From: Candidatus Poribacteria bacterium
Lineage (GTDB): Bacteria > Poribacteria > WGA-4E > WGA-3G
NCBI GenBank assembly: GCA_965205015.1
Contig: OZ242029.1
Coordinates: 4,064,001-4,128,000 of the forward strand
Direction: 5' to 3'
DNA length: 64,000 nt
Shown here: positions 55,978 to 64,000 of the stretch, piece after piece
Position numbering within the stretch: position 1 is the stretch's first letter
How the letters are laid out: each line of letters opens with the position of its first letter
Made by a program: the position numbers and the translations under genes
The notes under the pieces: model-generated
The model's database searches: none
Seen by the model: only the letters and a program-made list of their open reading frames with translations
What the model was told of the DNA's origin: nothing

Positions 55978-57210
55978 ATGCCAGACATATTTAATACCAT
56001 TCCTGAAGCACTCTCTGCAATCCAGAACGGGGAAATGATTATTGTCGTTGATGAACCCGACCGTGAAAACGAAGGCGATCTCATCATGGCGGCGGAAAAG
56101 GTGACAGCAGAGCGGATCAATTTCATGGCGAAATACGGTAGGGGCTTGATATGCTTACCGACCTGCTCAGAACGCCTTGCTGAACTTGAACTTTACCCGA
56201 TGGTGGCATCCAATACGGCGCAGATGCAAACCGCCTTCACGGTCACGATTGACGCGAAAGAAGTAACGACTGGCATTTCTGCCCATGAACGCGCCTATAC
56301 CATCCAGAAATTCGTTGATGCTAACGCTGTTCCGTCAGATTTCGTCCGTCCCGGACACATCTTTCCCTTAGAAGCGAAACCGGGGGGCGTCCTCCGGCGC
56401 GCCGGGCATACCGAAGCCACTGTCGATTTAGCGCGAATGGCAGGACTCTATCCGGCGGGAGTCCTCTGTGAGATACTCAACGAAGACGGCAGCATGGCAC
56501 GCGTGCCTGAACTGATGAAGTTCGCCGCACAACATCAACTCAAAATTATCACGATCGCTGACCTCATCGCATACCGTCGGGAAACGGAAACGCTCATTCG
56601 ACGCGTCGCCACTGCGGATATACCCACCGAACACGGTGAATTCAAACTCTACGCCTACGAAAGCACGGATACAGCGGGTGAAATCGTTGAGGGAGATAAA
56701 ACGCACATTGCACTCACAAAAGGAGATGTGACCGATCCAGCGCCAATCTTAGTCCGTGTGCATTCACAATGTCTCACGGGGGATGTCTTCGGCTCCCTGA
56801 GATGCGATTGCGGCGAACAACTCGAAATCGCACTTAAAACCATTGAGAAGGAGGGCAGAGGGGTCCTCGTCTATATGCGACAAGAGGGCAGAGGCATGGG
56901 ACTCAAAGGGAAACTCAGGGCATATCAGTTACAAGACAACGATGGATTGGACACCGTTGAAGCGAACGAACATCTTGGATTCCCCGCAGATTTGCGAGAT
57001 TACGGCATCGGGGCACAGATCTTAGCCGATTTAGGCGTTCAAAAGATGCGACTCATGACCAACAACCCACAAAAAGTCACAGGATTGTCTGGACACGGAC
57101 TGGAAATCGTCGAGCGTCTCCCGTTGCAAACCACACCGAATGCATTTAACCGCCGGTATTTAGAAACAAAGCGTTCCAAACTCGGCCACCTCCTCCTACA
57201 TGAGGAGTAA
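55978..57210 (+). CDS. ribBA: DHBP synthase / GTP cyclohydrolase II
   Basis: [39 protein letters not shown]. Confidence 0.97.
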   Translation: MPDIFNTIPEALSAIQNGEMIIVVDEPDRENEGDLIMAAEKVTAERINFMAKYGRGLICLPTCSERLAELELYPMVASNTAQMQTAFTVTIDAKEVTTGISAHERAYTIQKFVDANAVPSDFVRPGHIFPLEAKPGGVLRRAGHTEATVDLARMAGLYPAGVLCEILNEDGSMARVPELMKFAAQHQLKIITIADLIAYRRETETLIRRVATADIPTEHGEFKLYAYESTDTAGEIVEGDKTHIALTKGDVTDPAPILVRVHSQCLTGDVFGSLRCDCGEQLEIALKTIEKEGRGVLVYMRQEGRGMGLKGKLRAYQLQDNDGLDTVEANEHLGFPADLRDYGIGAQILADLGVQKMRLMTNNPQKVTGLSGHGLEIVERLPLQTTPNAFNRRYLETKRSKLGHLLLHEE

Positions 57211-57220
57211 AGAATGGAGG

Positions 57221-57317
57221 GTTGTCGGTTGTCGGTTAACAGGGGTCAGTGAAAGAGGTACCTTGTCGGACCAAACTTTCTCTTAACTGGTAACCAAAAA
57301 CTGAAAACCGAAAACTA
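57221..57317. repeat. Heptamer-based palindromic repeat (ribBA-ribH)
   Basis: GTTGTCGGTTGTCGG...AAGAG...CTCTTAACTGG..ACTGAAAACCGAAAACTA. Confidence 0.75.
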
Positions 57318-57325
57318 ATAAAAAA

Positions 57326-57805
57326 ATGCCAAACGTTTATGAAGGACATCTCCTCGGTGAAGGGCTTACGTTCGGTATCGTCGTCAGCCGATTTAATAGT
57401 TTCGTCACCGAAAAACTCCTCGCTGGTGCGTTGGATGCCCTAAAACGGCACGGTGTCGATTTGGACACCGTCGATGTTTTCTGGACCCCTGGTGCCTTTG
57501 AAATTCCGGGAATCGCCAAACGTCTCGCACAGAGTGAACGCTATGACGCTGTCCTCTGCCTCGGCGCGGTTATCCGAGGTGCGACCCCTCATTTTGATTA
57601 TGTTGCCGCCGAAAGCGCGAAGGGAATCGCTAACATATCCTCCAGTACCAACATTCCTGTTATCTACGGTGTCATCACCACAGATACGATAGAACAAGCC
57701 CTGGAGCGCGCCGGTATCAAGGCAGGCAACAAGGGGTCCGAAGCCGCTATCGCAGGAATTGAGACAGCCAATCTTTACAAGACTATTGAAAAAGTCATTA
57801 CATAA
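57326..57805 (+). CDS. ribH: 6,7-dimethyl-8-ribityllumazine synthase
   Basis: [29 protein letters not shown]. Confidence 0.97.
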   Translation: MPNVYEGHLLGEGLTFGIVVSRFNSFVTEKLLAGALDALKRHGVDLDTVDVFWTPGAFEIPGIAKRLAQSERYDAVLCLGAVIRGATPHFDYVAAESAKGIANISSSTNIPVIYGVITTDTIEQALERAGIKAGNKGSEAAIAGIETANLYKTIEKVIT

Positions 57806-57899
57806 GGTATCAGTTCGCTGTGCAGTGAGAACGCTCATGGAGTATTGACATCCGCTATCAACTGTCACAAGGATCTCTTAACTGATAACCGATAACTAT
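57806..57899. repeat. Heptamer-based palindromic repeat (ribH-hisH)
   Basis: GGTATCAGTT...CTCTTAACTGATAACCGATAACTA. Confidence 0.7.
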
Positions 57900-57904
57900 A
57901 AAAA

Positions 57905-58525
57905 ATGATTGCAATTATAGATTACGAAGCCGGGAACCTTACGAGTGTTGCGAGAGCCTTGACACACCTCGGATATAAAAACGAAATTACATCTGCCGCA
58001 GAAAAGATACTCACTGCTGAACGCGTGATTTTCCCCGGTGTCGGTGCCGCAAAAGCCACGATGCAAACGTTACAGAAACGCGGATTGAGTCAAGTACTCA
58101 CAGACTTTTTTCACACCGGCAAACCTATGCTCGGTATCTGCATCGGTATCCAGATCCTCTTTGAACATAGCGAAGAGGAGGATGCCGATTGCTTAAACCT
58201 CCTACCGGGGTGTGTAAAGAAATATCCAATGACAGATACAGAAACGCAAACCGGAATACTCAAGGTCCCACAGATCGGTTGGAACGAAGTGTATCAGACA
58301 AAACCGCACGCAATCTTTGAAGGTGTTCCGAATCCCGCACACTTCTATTTCGTCAATTCCTACTATCCTGAGCCAGCATCAGAGGATATCGTCATTGGAA
58401 AGACGAAGTATGGGCTTGAATTCTGTAGCGCGATTGCCCACGATAATCTCATTGCAACACAGTTCCACCTCGAGAAGAGTGGACGCGTCGGGCTAAAGAT
58501 GCTTAATAACTTTCTGGAGTTTTAG
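57905..58525 (+). CDS. hisH: Imidazole glycerol phosphate synthase glutaminase subunit
   Basis: IIDYEAGNLTSV, PGVG, GICIG, VPQIGWN, QFHLEKS. Confidence 0.92.
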   Translation: MIAIIDYEAGNLTSVARALTHLGYKNEITSAAEKILTAERVIFPGVGAAKATMQTLQKRGLSQVLTDFFHTGKPMLGICIGIQILFEHSEEEDADCLNLLPGCVKKYPMTDTETQTGILKVPQIGWNEVYQTKPHAIFEGVPNPAHFYFVNSYYPEPASEDIVIGKTKYGLEFCSAIAHDNLIATQFHLEKSGRVGLKMLNNFLEF

Positions 58526-58581
58526 GTTATCAGTTAACAGTTTTCAGTTACTGAAAACCGAGGACTGAAAACTGAAAACTA
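58525..58581. repeat. Heptamer-based palindromic repeat (hisH-kinase)
   Basis: GGTTATCAGTTAACAGTTTTCAGT/ACTGAAAACCGAGGACTGAAAACTGAAAACTA. Confidence 0.75.
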
Positions 58582-58588
58582 TAAAAAG

Positions 58589-60160
58589 ATGCTAACGTTC
58601 TTTCTCGCGGCCTTTGTGCTTCTCATCAACATCAGTGCGCATCTGTTCCAGATATCGGAGTACTATCCGGCGATAAGCCATTTCTACTATGGCGTGGTCG
58701 TTCTGTCGGTTCTTTACACGACACCTCGTGGGCAGAACATTTTGTTCGGGATTACGACGGTAGCCAATTGGATTTACGTCTTCCGTTATCCGAAGCATGC
58801 TGAAACTATTATCATAGCACTCCTCTATCCGTTTGCCGCCTATGCGGTGATCCGCATTATTCGTCAACTGCAAACCCAAAGGCGTAGCAGGGTTGAACAA
58901 ATAGAGGAGATAAACAGTGTCAACGCGAATTTAGAAAAACAGGTCCGGGACATCTCTACACTTTTTGAGGTGAGCCAATCGGCGAACACCAACCTTGATC
59001 TGGAGGGACTCTTCCAGCGTATCATTGAAATTTTATCCAAGCGGCTCGGTATCTACCGCGGTGCTTTGCATCTCTATGAAGACGGGAAGGTTGTTACGTC
59101 CACAGAAGTCGTTTTAGGACTTACACCCGCAGAGATGAAACGCGGTACTGACAATCAGATAGAAGACATCCAGAAACAGGTGCTCGCATCAGGGAAAGCG
59201 ATAGGCGTTCCACAAACCCGAAGTCCACGGAGTTCCATCAAACTTTTTGAGCCGGAACGTGTCAAATCCAAAGACGTGATCGCCTTCTGGTGCATCCCAA
59301 TTATCGTGGAAGAAAACGTTATCGGTACGCTGACGATCGACAAAGCCTCAGATGAATTTTCCGCAGAGGATGACCGGCGACTCTTGACGATTATCGCTTC
59401 CATTATCGCACAGCGCGTCAAAATCCAACAGACAATCGACGCACTCGTTGAATCCGAACGGATGGCGACCTTGGGGCGGTTGGTCCGAACTATCGCACAC
59501 GAGGTCCGAAATCCTTTAGGGAGCATCCGACTCGGTACACAACTGCTTCAACACAACGATGTAGAGTTCGGTTCATCAATCGAAACCTATTCTGAAGACA
59601 TCCAGCTCTCTCAAAATGAGATTAAGGAATACACAGGGATCATTATAAAAGAGGTGGACAGGCTGAACCGATTCATTGAACAATTACTCGCCTTCAGCAA
59701 ACCCACAATGGAAGTCGCAAAACAGAGCGATATCCATCAACTCCTTGATAGCAGTTTGGCTATCTGTCGACCAGAGTTGGAACTTCGTGCTACGACAGTG
59801 ATCACACAATACGGCGACTGTCCAGAGGTCAATGTCAATGAGGATGGAATCACACAAGTACTTCTGAATCTATTCTATAACGCTATAGAAGCAATGGACA
59901 CAGACGGAACTTTGACAATTCAGACAGAATACGTCCTAGAAACGGAAATCGTGCGTGTCCGCGTCCAAGATGATGGACCCGGGATTCCACCTGAGGATAT
60001 ACCGATGCTGTTTGATCCTTTTTATACCACTAAACAGAAAGGAACAGGGTTGGGACTTTACATCAGCCAAAAAATTCTCGCTGAACACCGAGGGCGCATT
60101 GAAGTCGATGCGAACCTTGAAGTCGGTACAGCGTTTGTTATGTCGCTCCCTGTCCGTTGA
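58589..60160 (+). CDS. Membrane-bound GAF-domain sensor histidine kinase (NtrB-like)
   Basis: N-terminal TMs, GAF, IAHEVRNPL, NLFYNAIEA, DDGPGI, FYTTKQKGTGLGL. Confidence 0.92.
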   Translation: MLTFFLAAFVLLINISAHLFQISEYYPAISHFYYGVVVLSVLYTTPRGQNILFGITTVANWIYVFRYPKHAETIIIALLYPFAAYAVIRIIRQLQTQRRSRVEQIEEINSVNANLEKQVRDISTLFEVSQSANTNLDLEGLFQRIIEILSKRLGIYRGALHLYEDGKVVTSTEVVLGLTPAEMKRGTDNQIEDIQKQVLASGKAIGVPQTRSPRSSIKLFEPERVKSKDVIAFWCIPIIVEENVIGTLTIDKASDEFSAEDDRRLLTIIASIIAQRVKIQQTIDALVESERMATLGRLVRTIAHEVRNPLGSIRLGTQLLQHNDVEFGSSIETYSEDIQLSQNEIKEYTGIIIKEVDRLNRFIEQLLAFSKPTMEVAKQSDIHQLLDSSLAICRPELELRATTVITQYGDCPEVNVNEDGITQVLLNLFYNAIEAMDTDGTLTIQTEYVLETEIVRVRVQDDGPGIPPEDIPMLFDPFYTTKQKGTGLGLYISQKILAEHRGRIEVDANLEVGTAFVMSLPVR

Positions 60161-60184
60161 AAATATAGCCATCGCACCCAGGAG

Positions 60185-60323
60185 TGGTTTTCGATTTCGG
60201 GGTATCAGTTATCGGCTAAGATGCACTTTGTAACAATCTACCGCACCTAGAATATTTCAAGACGCTGTGCATTGTTACAGGAAACCTCTTAACTGAAGAC
60301 TGATAACCGATAACTGACAACTA
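60185..60323. repeat. Heptamer-based palindromic repeat (kinase-regulator)
   Basis: GGTATCAGTTATCGG..TGTAACAAT/ATTGTTACA..CTCTTAACTGAAGACTGATAACCGATAACTGACAACTA. Confidence 0.75.
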
Positions 60324-60330
60324 TTAAAAA

Positions 60331-61752
60331 ATGTCAAATCTTGTGCTTATTGCTGACGATGACGACAGCCTCCGACAAATACTCGCTGCGACGTTACAGA
60401 GAGCCGGCTATCGGACCCTCAAAGCCCGAAATGGCGCCGAAACGCTCGCCTGTATCAAGGAAACGAATGTCGATGTCATTCTGCTTGACATTTGGTTAGG
60501 GGATGCCAACGGAATTGAACTCATCGAGGACATTCAGGGGTACAATAGCACTGCGTCTATTATTATAATCACTGCCCACGGAACGACTCAAACTGCTATT
60601 GACGCGGCAAAGCAACGCGCCTATGGATACCTCACAAAACCGATCGATCAACGGCAATTGCTCGATCTCGTGTCGCGCGCTGCAGATGCCAGCAACCAAA
60701 CGAAAAACGTCAAGACCTCTACAACTCCCGTTGACGTTGACGGACAGGGGCGGATGGTCGGTCAGAGTCCAGCAATGCAGGAGGTCTATCATAAGATTGG
60801 ACGTGCCGCTGTCAGTGACGAAACCGTCCTCGTTTTAGGTGAAAGCGGAACGGGTAAAGAACTGGTCGCCCAACTTATTCATCAAAACAGTGATCGAGTC
60901 GACAATCCATTCGTCGTTGTTGATTGTGGTGCCATGCCTTCGAGTCTTATCGAAAGCGCACTCTTTGGGCACGTCAAAGGTGCGTATACCGATGCACACA
61001 CCGCAAGGAAAGGGAAATTCCAACAGGCAGACAGTGGGACGATCTTCCTCGATGAAATCGGTGAATTGCCGATTGAAGTTCAGATGAAATTGCTGCGGGT
61101 CCTCCAAGAACGAGAAGTCGAACCGATGGGCGGTACCGAGACCCACGCCGTTGATGTCAGAATCATCGCTGCAACCAACCGGCGCCTTGAAACAGCGATT
61201 GAGCAGAAAACCTTCAGGGAGGACCTCTACTATCGTCTGAACGTCATTCCCATTTCTCTGCCCCCGCTGCGGGAACGAAAAGAGGATATCCCGGAACTCA
61301 TAGACCTGTTCATCCGCCGATTCGTCGAAGAATATCAACTCCCCAAAATCGGTATCTCCGCGGACGTTGCGAAACTTCTTACGGCGCATGAGTGGCCCGG
61401 GAACGTCCGCGAATTAGAAAATGCTATCAAACGGGCACTCGTGATGTGTTCAGGACAAATGTTATTGCCCGAGCATTTCGATCCGATGCTCGAAAAATCG
61501 ATCCCGACCAGTGAGCTGGGAAATCTTGACACACAAATTTATCATCTGCTTCAAACCCACATTCAGCACTCTATGGAATCTGAAGCATCTCCCGAGGAAC
61601 TTTATGCTGAAATTCGAGCGATCTTTGAGAAACCGCTCTTTAAAATCGTGCTTGAGCATACCAAAGGAAATCGGAGTAAAGCGTCAGACATCCTCGGCAT
61701 TAACCGAAATACGCTCCATACAAAACTTGTTGAGTACAATCTCGTTTCTTAG
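60331..61752 (+). CDS. sigma54-dependent response regulator (NtrC family)
   Basis: Receiver, GESGTGKE, LFGHVKGAYTDA, FLDEIGE, WPGNVREL, Fis HTH LGINRNTL. Confidence 0.95.
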   Translation: MSNLVLIADDDDSLRQILAATLQRAGYRTLKARNGAETLACIKETNVDVILLDIWLGDANGIELIEDIQGYNSTASIIIITAHGTTQTAIDAAKQRAYGYLTKPIDQRQLLDLVSRAADASNQTKNVKTSTTPVDVDGQGRMVGQSPAMQEVYHKIGRAAVSDETVLVLGESGTGKELVAQLIHQNSDRVDNPFVVVDCGAMPSSLIESALFGHVKGAYTDAHTARKGKFQQADSGTIFLDEIGELPIEVQMKLLRVLQEREVEPMGGTETHAVDVRIIAATNRRLETAIEQKTFREDLYYRLNVIPISLPPLRERKEDIPELIDLFIRRFVEEYQLPKIGISADVAKLLTAHEWPGNVRELENAIKRALVMCSGQMLLPEHFDPMLEKSIPTSELGNLDTQIYHLLQTHIQHSMESEASPEELYAEIRAIFEKPLFKIVLEHTKGNRSKASDILGINRNTLHTKLVEYNLVS

Positions 61753-61929
61753 AAGATATAGGTGTGTTCTCTTAATTAGAAAGATGGAGCCTGCAACAAT
61801 ACGCAGAAACACCCCGCTGAATGCCACACGCGCATTCAGCGTTGATTCGCAAAAACACGCAGGCGGATTCTCTGAGGGGCACGTTAAAGTTCAAACCCAC
61901 GTTGTTTAACCGCAAGGTAAGCTTAAAAA

Positions 61930-62217
61930 ATGGATTTAGGAAAAGTAATTGGAACCGTCGTCGCAACTCGAAAAGACGCGAGTTTAGAAGGTTCACGTCT
62001 CCTTATCGTGCAACCCTTAGACGAGAAACGCGACCCCATTTCTGAACCGATCGTCGCTGTGGATACACTACACGACGCAGGCGTTGGTGAAACCGTCTAC
62101 TATGTTACGGGTGGGGACGCCGTAAGCGTCATACCCGGTAAGCGGATGCCGGTCGATGTTGCCATCGTTGGCCTCGTCGATTCTATTTCGCTGGTCGACA
62201 CAAAGAATAGCAGTTAA
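61930..62217 (+). CDS. EutN/CcmL microcompartment vertex (BMC-P) protein
   Basis: M.LGKVIGTVVATRK..L.G.RLLIVQP..VAVD..AGVGE..D.AIVGLVD. Confidence 0.93.
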   Translation: MDLGKVIGTVVATRKDASLEGSRLLIVQPLDEKRDPISEPIVAVDTLHDAGVGETVYYVTGGDAVSVIPGKRMPVDVAIVGLVDSISLVDTKNSS

Positions 62218-62306
62218 AAATCTGAATTATGATCATCAGATTTGTCATGATTGGGTATACTTGTCATCATGGTAAATCACATAAATCACGGTAATCCTGA
62301 TAAAAA

Positions 62307-62594
62307 ATGTACATTGCCAAAGTAATCGGAAAAGTCGTTTCTATCGTTAAACATCCTGCATACGAAAATCGCACCCTGCTGCTCATCCAACCGTTGAGCG
62401 TCAAATCTAAACTCGTTCGTACCCCCACGATTGCTGTCGACTATGTCGGTGCTGGCGAAGGAGATACAGTGATAGTCGGTGCAGGTCCGGGGGTAGCACA
62501 AGAGGTATTCGGCATTGAAGACGCACCGATCCGAGAACTCGTCATGGGGATTGTCGATCGGGTTGATATAACACTTCAGGAGGAACCAACATGA
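62307..62594 (+). CDS. EutN/CcmL microcompartment vertex protein 2
   Basis: MYIAKVIGKVVSIVKH..AVDYVGAGEGD..MGIVD. Confidence 0.92.
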   Translation: MYIAKVIGKVVSIVKHPAYENRTLLLIQPLSVKSKLVRTPTIAVDYVGAGEGDTVIVGAGPGVAQEVFGIEDAPIRELVMGIVDRVDITLQEEPT

Positions 62595-63184
62595 GACGCA
62601 TGATTCTAACGCTCTGCTGCCTTACGATGATCTGCTTACACCTCAATGCGTGTAGAGTTGCGCAGGTGTTATCCACACAGTACAGCGAAAATATAGCGAG
62701 TGCCGCCTACGGCACCGAAGCGAACCACCCCGGCATAAACGATGGAAATCTGGAAACTTTGGCGACACTCCCGGCGCGTAATGAACGGAATTTCATCATC
62801 AGATTCGCTGAGGTCCATCCAGTACGAAAAATTATTATTCACAACATCAACCTCTTCCGGTTCGAGATGGACTATCTGAACCCTGAAACCGGTGAATGGG
62901 AGACTTTTCATACAGTCATTCAACGACGTAATATCGGCGACGAACGCGCGCAACCCGAATTCGTCTTTGATCGATTGAACTTCCAGACAAAGATGATTCG
63001 CGTCGCCGTTACCCGAACTGTCGATGATGTCATTGTCAATAAGATAGTGGCAGAACCGGGGGACAAAGTCGTTGACCGGCGGACGACCCTTGTCGGTCAA
63101 TACTACCCACATTATCGCGTCATGCAACCCGCAGCCGCTCAAATCCGTGAAATTGAGGTCTATCACCTCGCTGAGAACAAGTAG
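62591..63184 (+). CDS. Hypothetical exported/lipoprotein, discoidin-like sandwich possible
   Basis: Signal with LNAC; INDGNLET and terminal IREIEVY; ATGA overlap with eutN. Confidence 0.6.
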   Translation: MRRMILTLCCLTMICLHLNACRVAQVLSTQYSENIASAAYGTEANHPGINDGNLETLATLPARNERNFIIRFAEVHPVRKIIIHNINLFRFEMDYLNPETGEWETFHTVIQRRNIGDERAQPEFVFDRLNFQTKMIRVAVTRTVDDVIVNKIVAEPGDKVVDRRTTLVGQYYPHYRVMQPAAAQIREIEVYHLAENK

Positions 63185-63197
63185 GCACGACCTCTTT

Positions 63198-63314
63198 ATG
63201 GTTTTCGGTGCGGGGTACTACGCAACCCTTTCGGTACTCGGTTTTCGGTTAAGAGGTCTTCGTTTAGCAAAGGTTCCTTGTAACCGAGAACCGTTAACCG
63301 AGAACTAAAAACTA
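63198..63314. repeat. Heptamer-based palindromic repeat
   Basis: GGTTTTCGG..GGTTTTCGGTTAAGAGG...AACCGAGAACCGTTAACCGAGAACTAAAAACTA. Confidence 0.7.
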
Positions 63315-63375
63315 TTTTAAAGAAAAATGAAACCACTCGCAACGAACACTGTAAAGAGTTTATCTAATCACGGAT

Positions 63376-64000
63376 ATGATAATGCAAATTTGTCTCATAG
63401 CACTGCGCGCGCCTACGTATAAACGGTTCCTACAATTATTAATAGCACTTTTCCTTTGCTTGAATACCTCTTCCCTGCCTATCTCGACCTCGGAAACCCG
63501 TTCTTTTGGAATTGCAGCTGCAGCACCGATTCCGTTGAGAAACCAAAGTACCGCTGCTGCGACAAGGAACAGCGCAAAAACCCAAAGAGAGATTGAATTG
63601 GTGCGTAGTACCTCACAAGGTGTAACGATCCAACTCGTCATCCCTAAATCTGATTTCTTTATAGCAGACGGCGGTCAGCAATCGGCAGTCAGCAATCAGC
63701 AAGAGGGAATTGAGAGAAATCCGGGTTACAAACCCCTCCCCCAACCTTTTACCGACAGCCAATTCATATCTTTCCCCGGCTGTAACTTCACTTCCGAATT
63801 CGGGATGCCGCGCCTTCCGACGCAATCTACGCTCATTGGTGTTCCATCAGACGTAGGTTTCCAATTGCGGGTGATTGATAAAGATTTTAGCACGCGTAAG
63901 ATAGAGACAAATGCACCCACTTTGAGCCAACAAAGAGATAGTTTCTTCCCGACGCGTCTCGCAGAGATCAGAGAAGCGGGTTGGATCCGAGAGAACCGCG
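63376..64000 (+). CDS. C25 (gingipain/PorU-like) propeptide-containing protein, 3'-truncated by window
   Basis: Not in ORF track; frame open from ATG 63376 to the end; signal-like N-terminus, GMPRLPTQSTLIGVP and FFP..LAEIREAGWIRENR resemble Propeptide_C25. Confidence 0.6.
   Translation, partial: MIMQICLIALRAPTYKRFLQLLIALFLCLNTSSLPISTSETRSFGIAAAAPIPLRNQSTAAATRNSAKTQREIELVRSTSQGVTIQLVIPKSDFFIADGGQQSAVSNQQEGIERNPGYKPLPQPFTDSQFISFPGCNFTSEFGMPRLPTQSTLIGVPSDVGFQLRVIDKDFSTRKIETNAPTLSQQRDSFFPTRLAEIREAGWIRENR

Noticed and set aside
55873-63314. Possible CRISPR array from short repeated motifs
   Set aside because: Degenerate heptamer palindromes dispersed between genes; no constant repeat-spacer period and no cas genes

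Overview
Bacterial chromosomal window, most likely Candidatus Poribacteria. This is inferred from the expanded WD40 and PhyH families, the 'NYPNPFNPETWIPYQL' and 'KLATTWG' C-terminal tags and the EutN genes; it is not verified. The left two thirds carry two tandem arrays of secreted beta-propeller proteins sharing a T9SS/FlgD-like C-terminal domain: four WD40 proteins behind a consensus sigma54 promoter, and four HAF-like propeller proteins with 2, 2, 4 and 1 modules. Three more secreted proteins end in a second short tag. Duplicated ABC permeases, 2OG-Fe(II) dioxygenases around an aspartate kinase and duplicated Ldh_2 dehydrogenases also lie here. The 43-53.5 kb region is a defence/mobile patch: a TA pair, two orphan antitoxins, a single-polypeptide R-M enzyme, a TnpB-only IS200/IS605 element inserted in a REP-like hairpin, and HNH and DUF2806-like remnants. 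A peroxiredoxin-like gene split by the ORF caller has an in-frame TGA at the catalytic position plus a SECIS-like hairpin, so it is a probable selenoprotein. The right end holds ribD-ribE-ribBA-ribH-hisH, a GAF kinase/NtrC-type pair, two EutN/CcmL genes and the start of a C25-propeptide protein. At least four families of short palindromic intergenic repeats occur; one fills five consecutive operon junctions and also sits in frame inside a CDS. No rRNA, tRNA or CRISPR array was seen.
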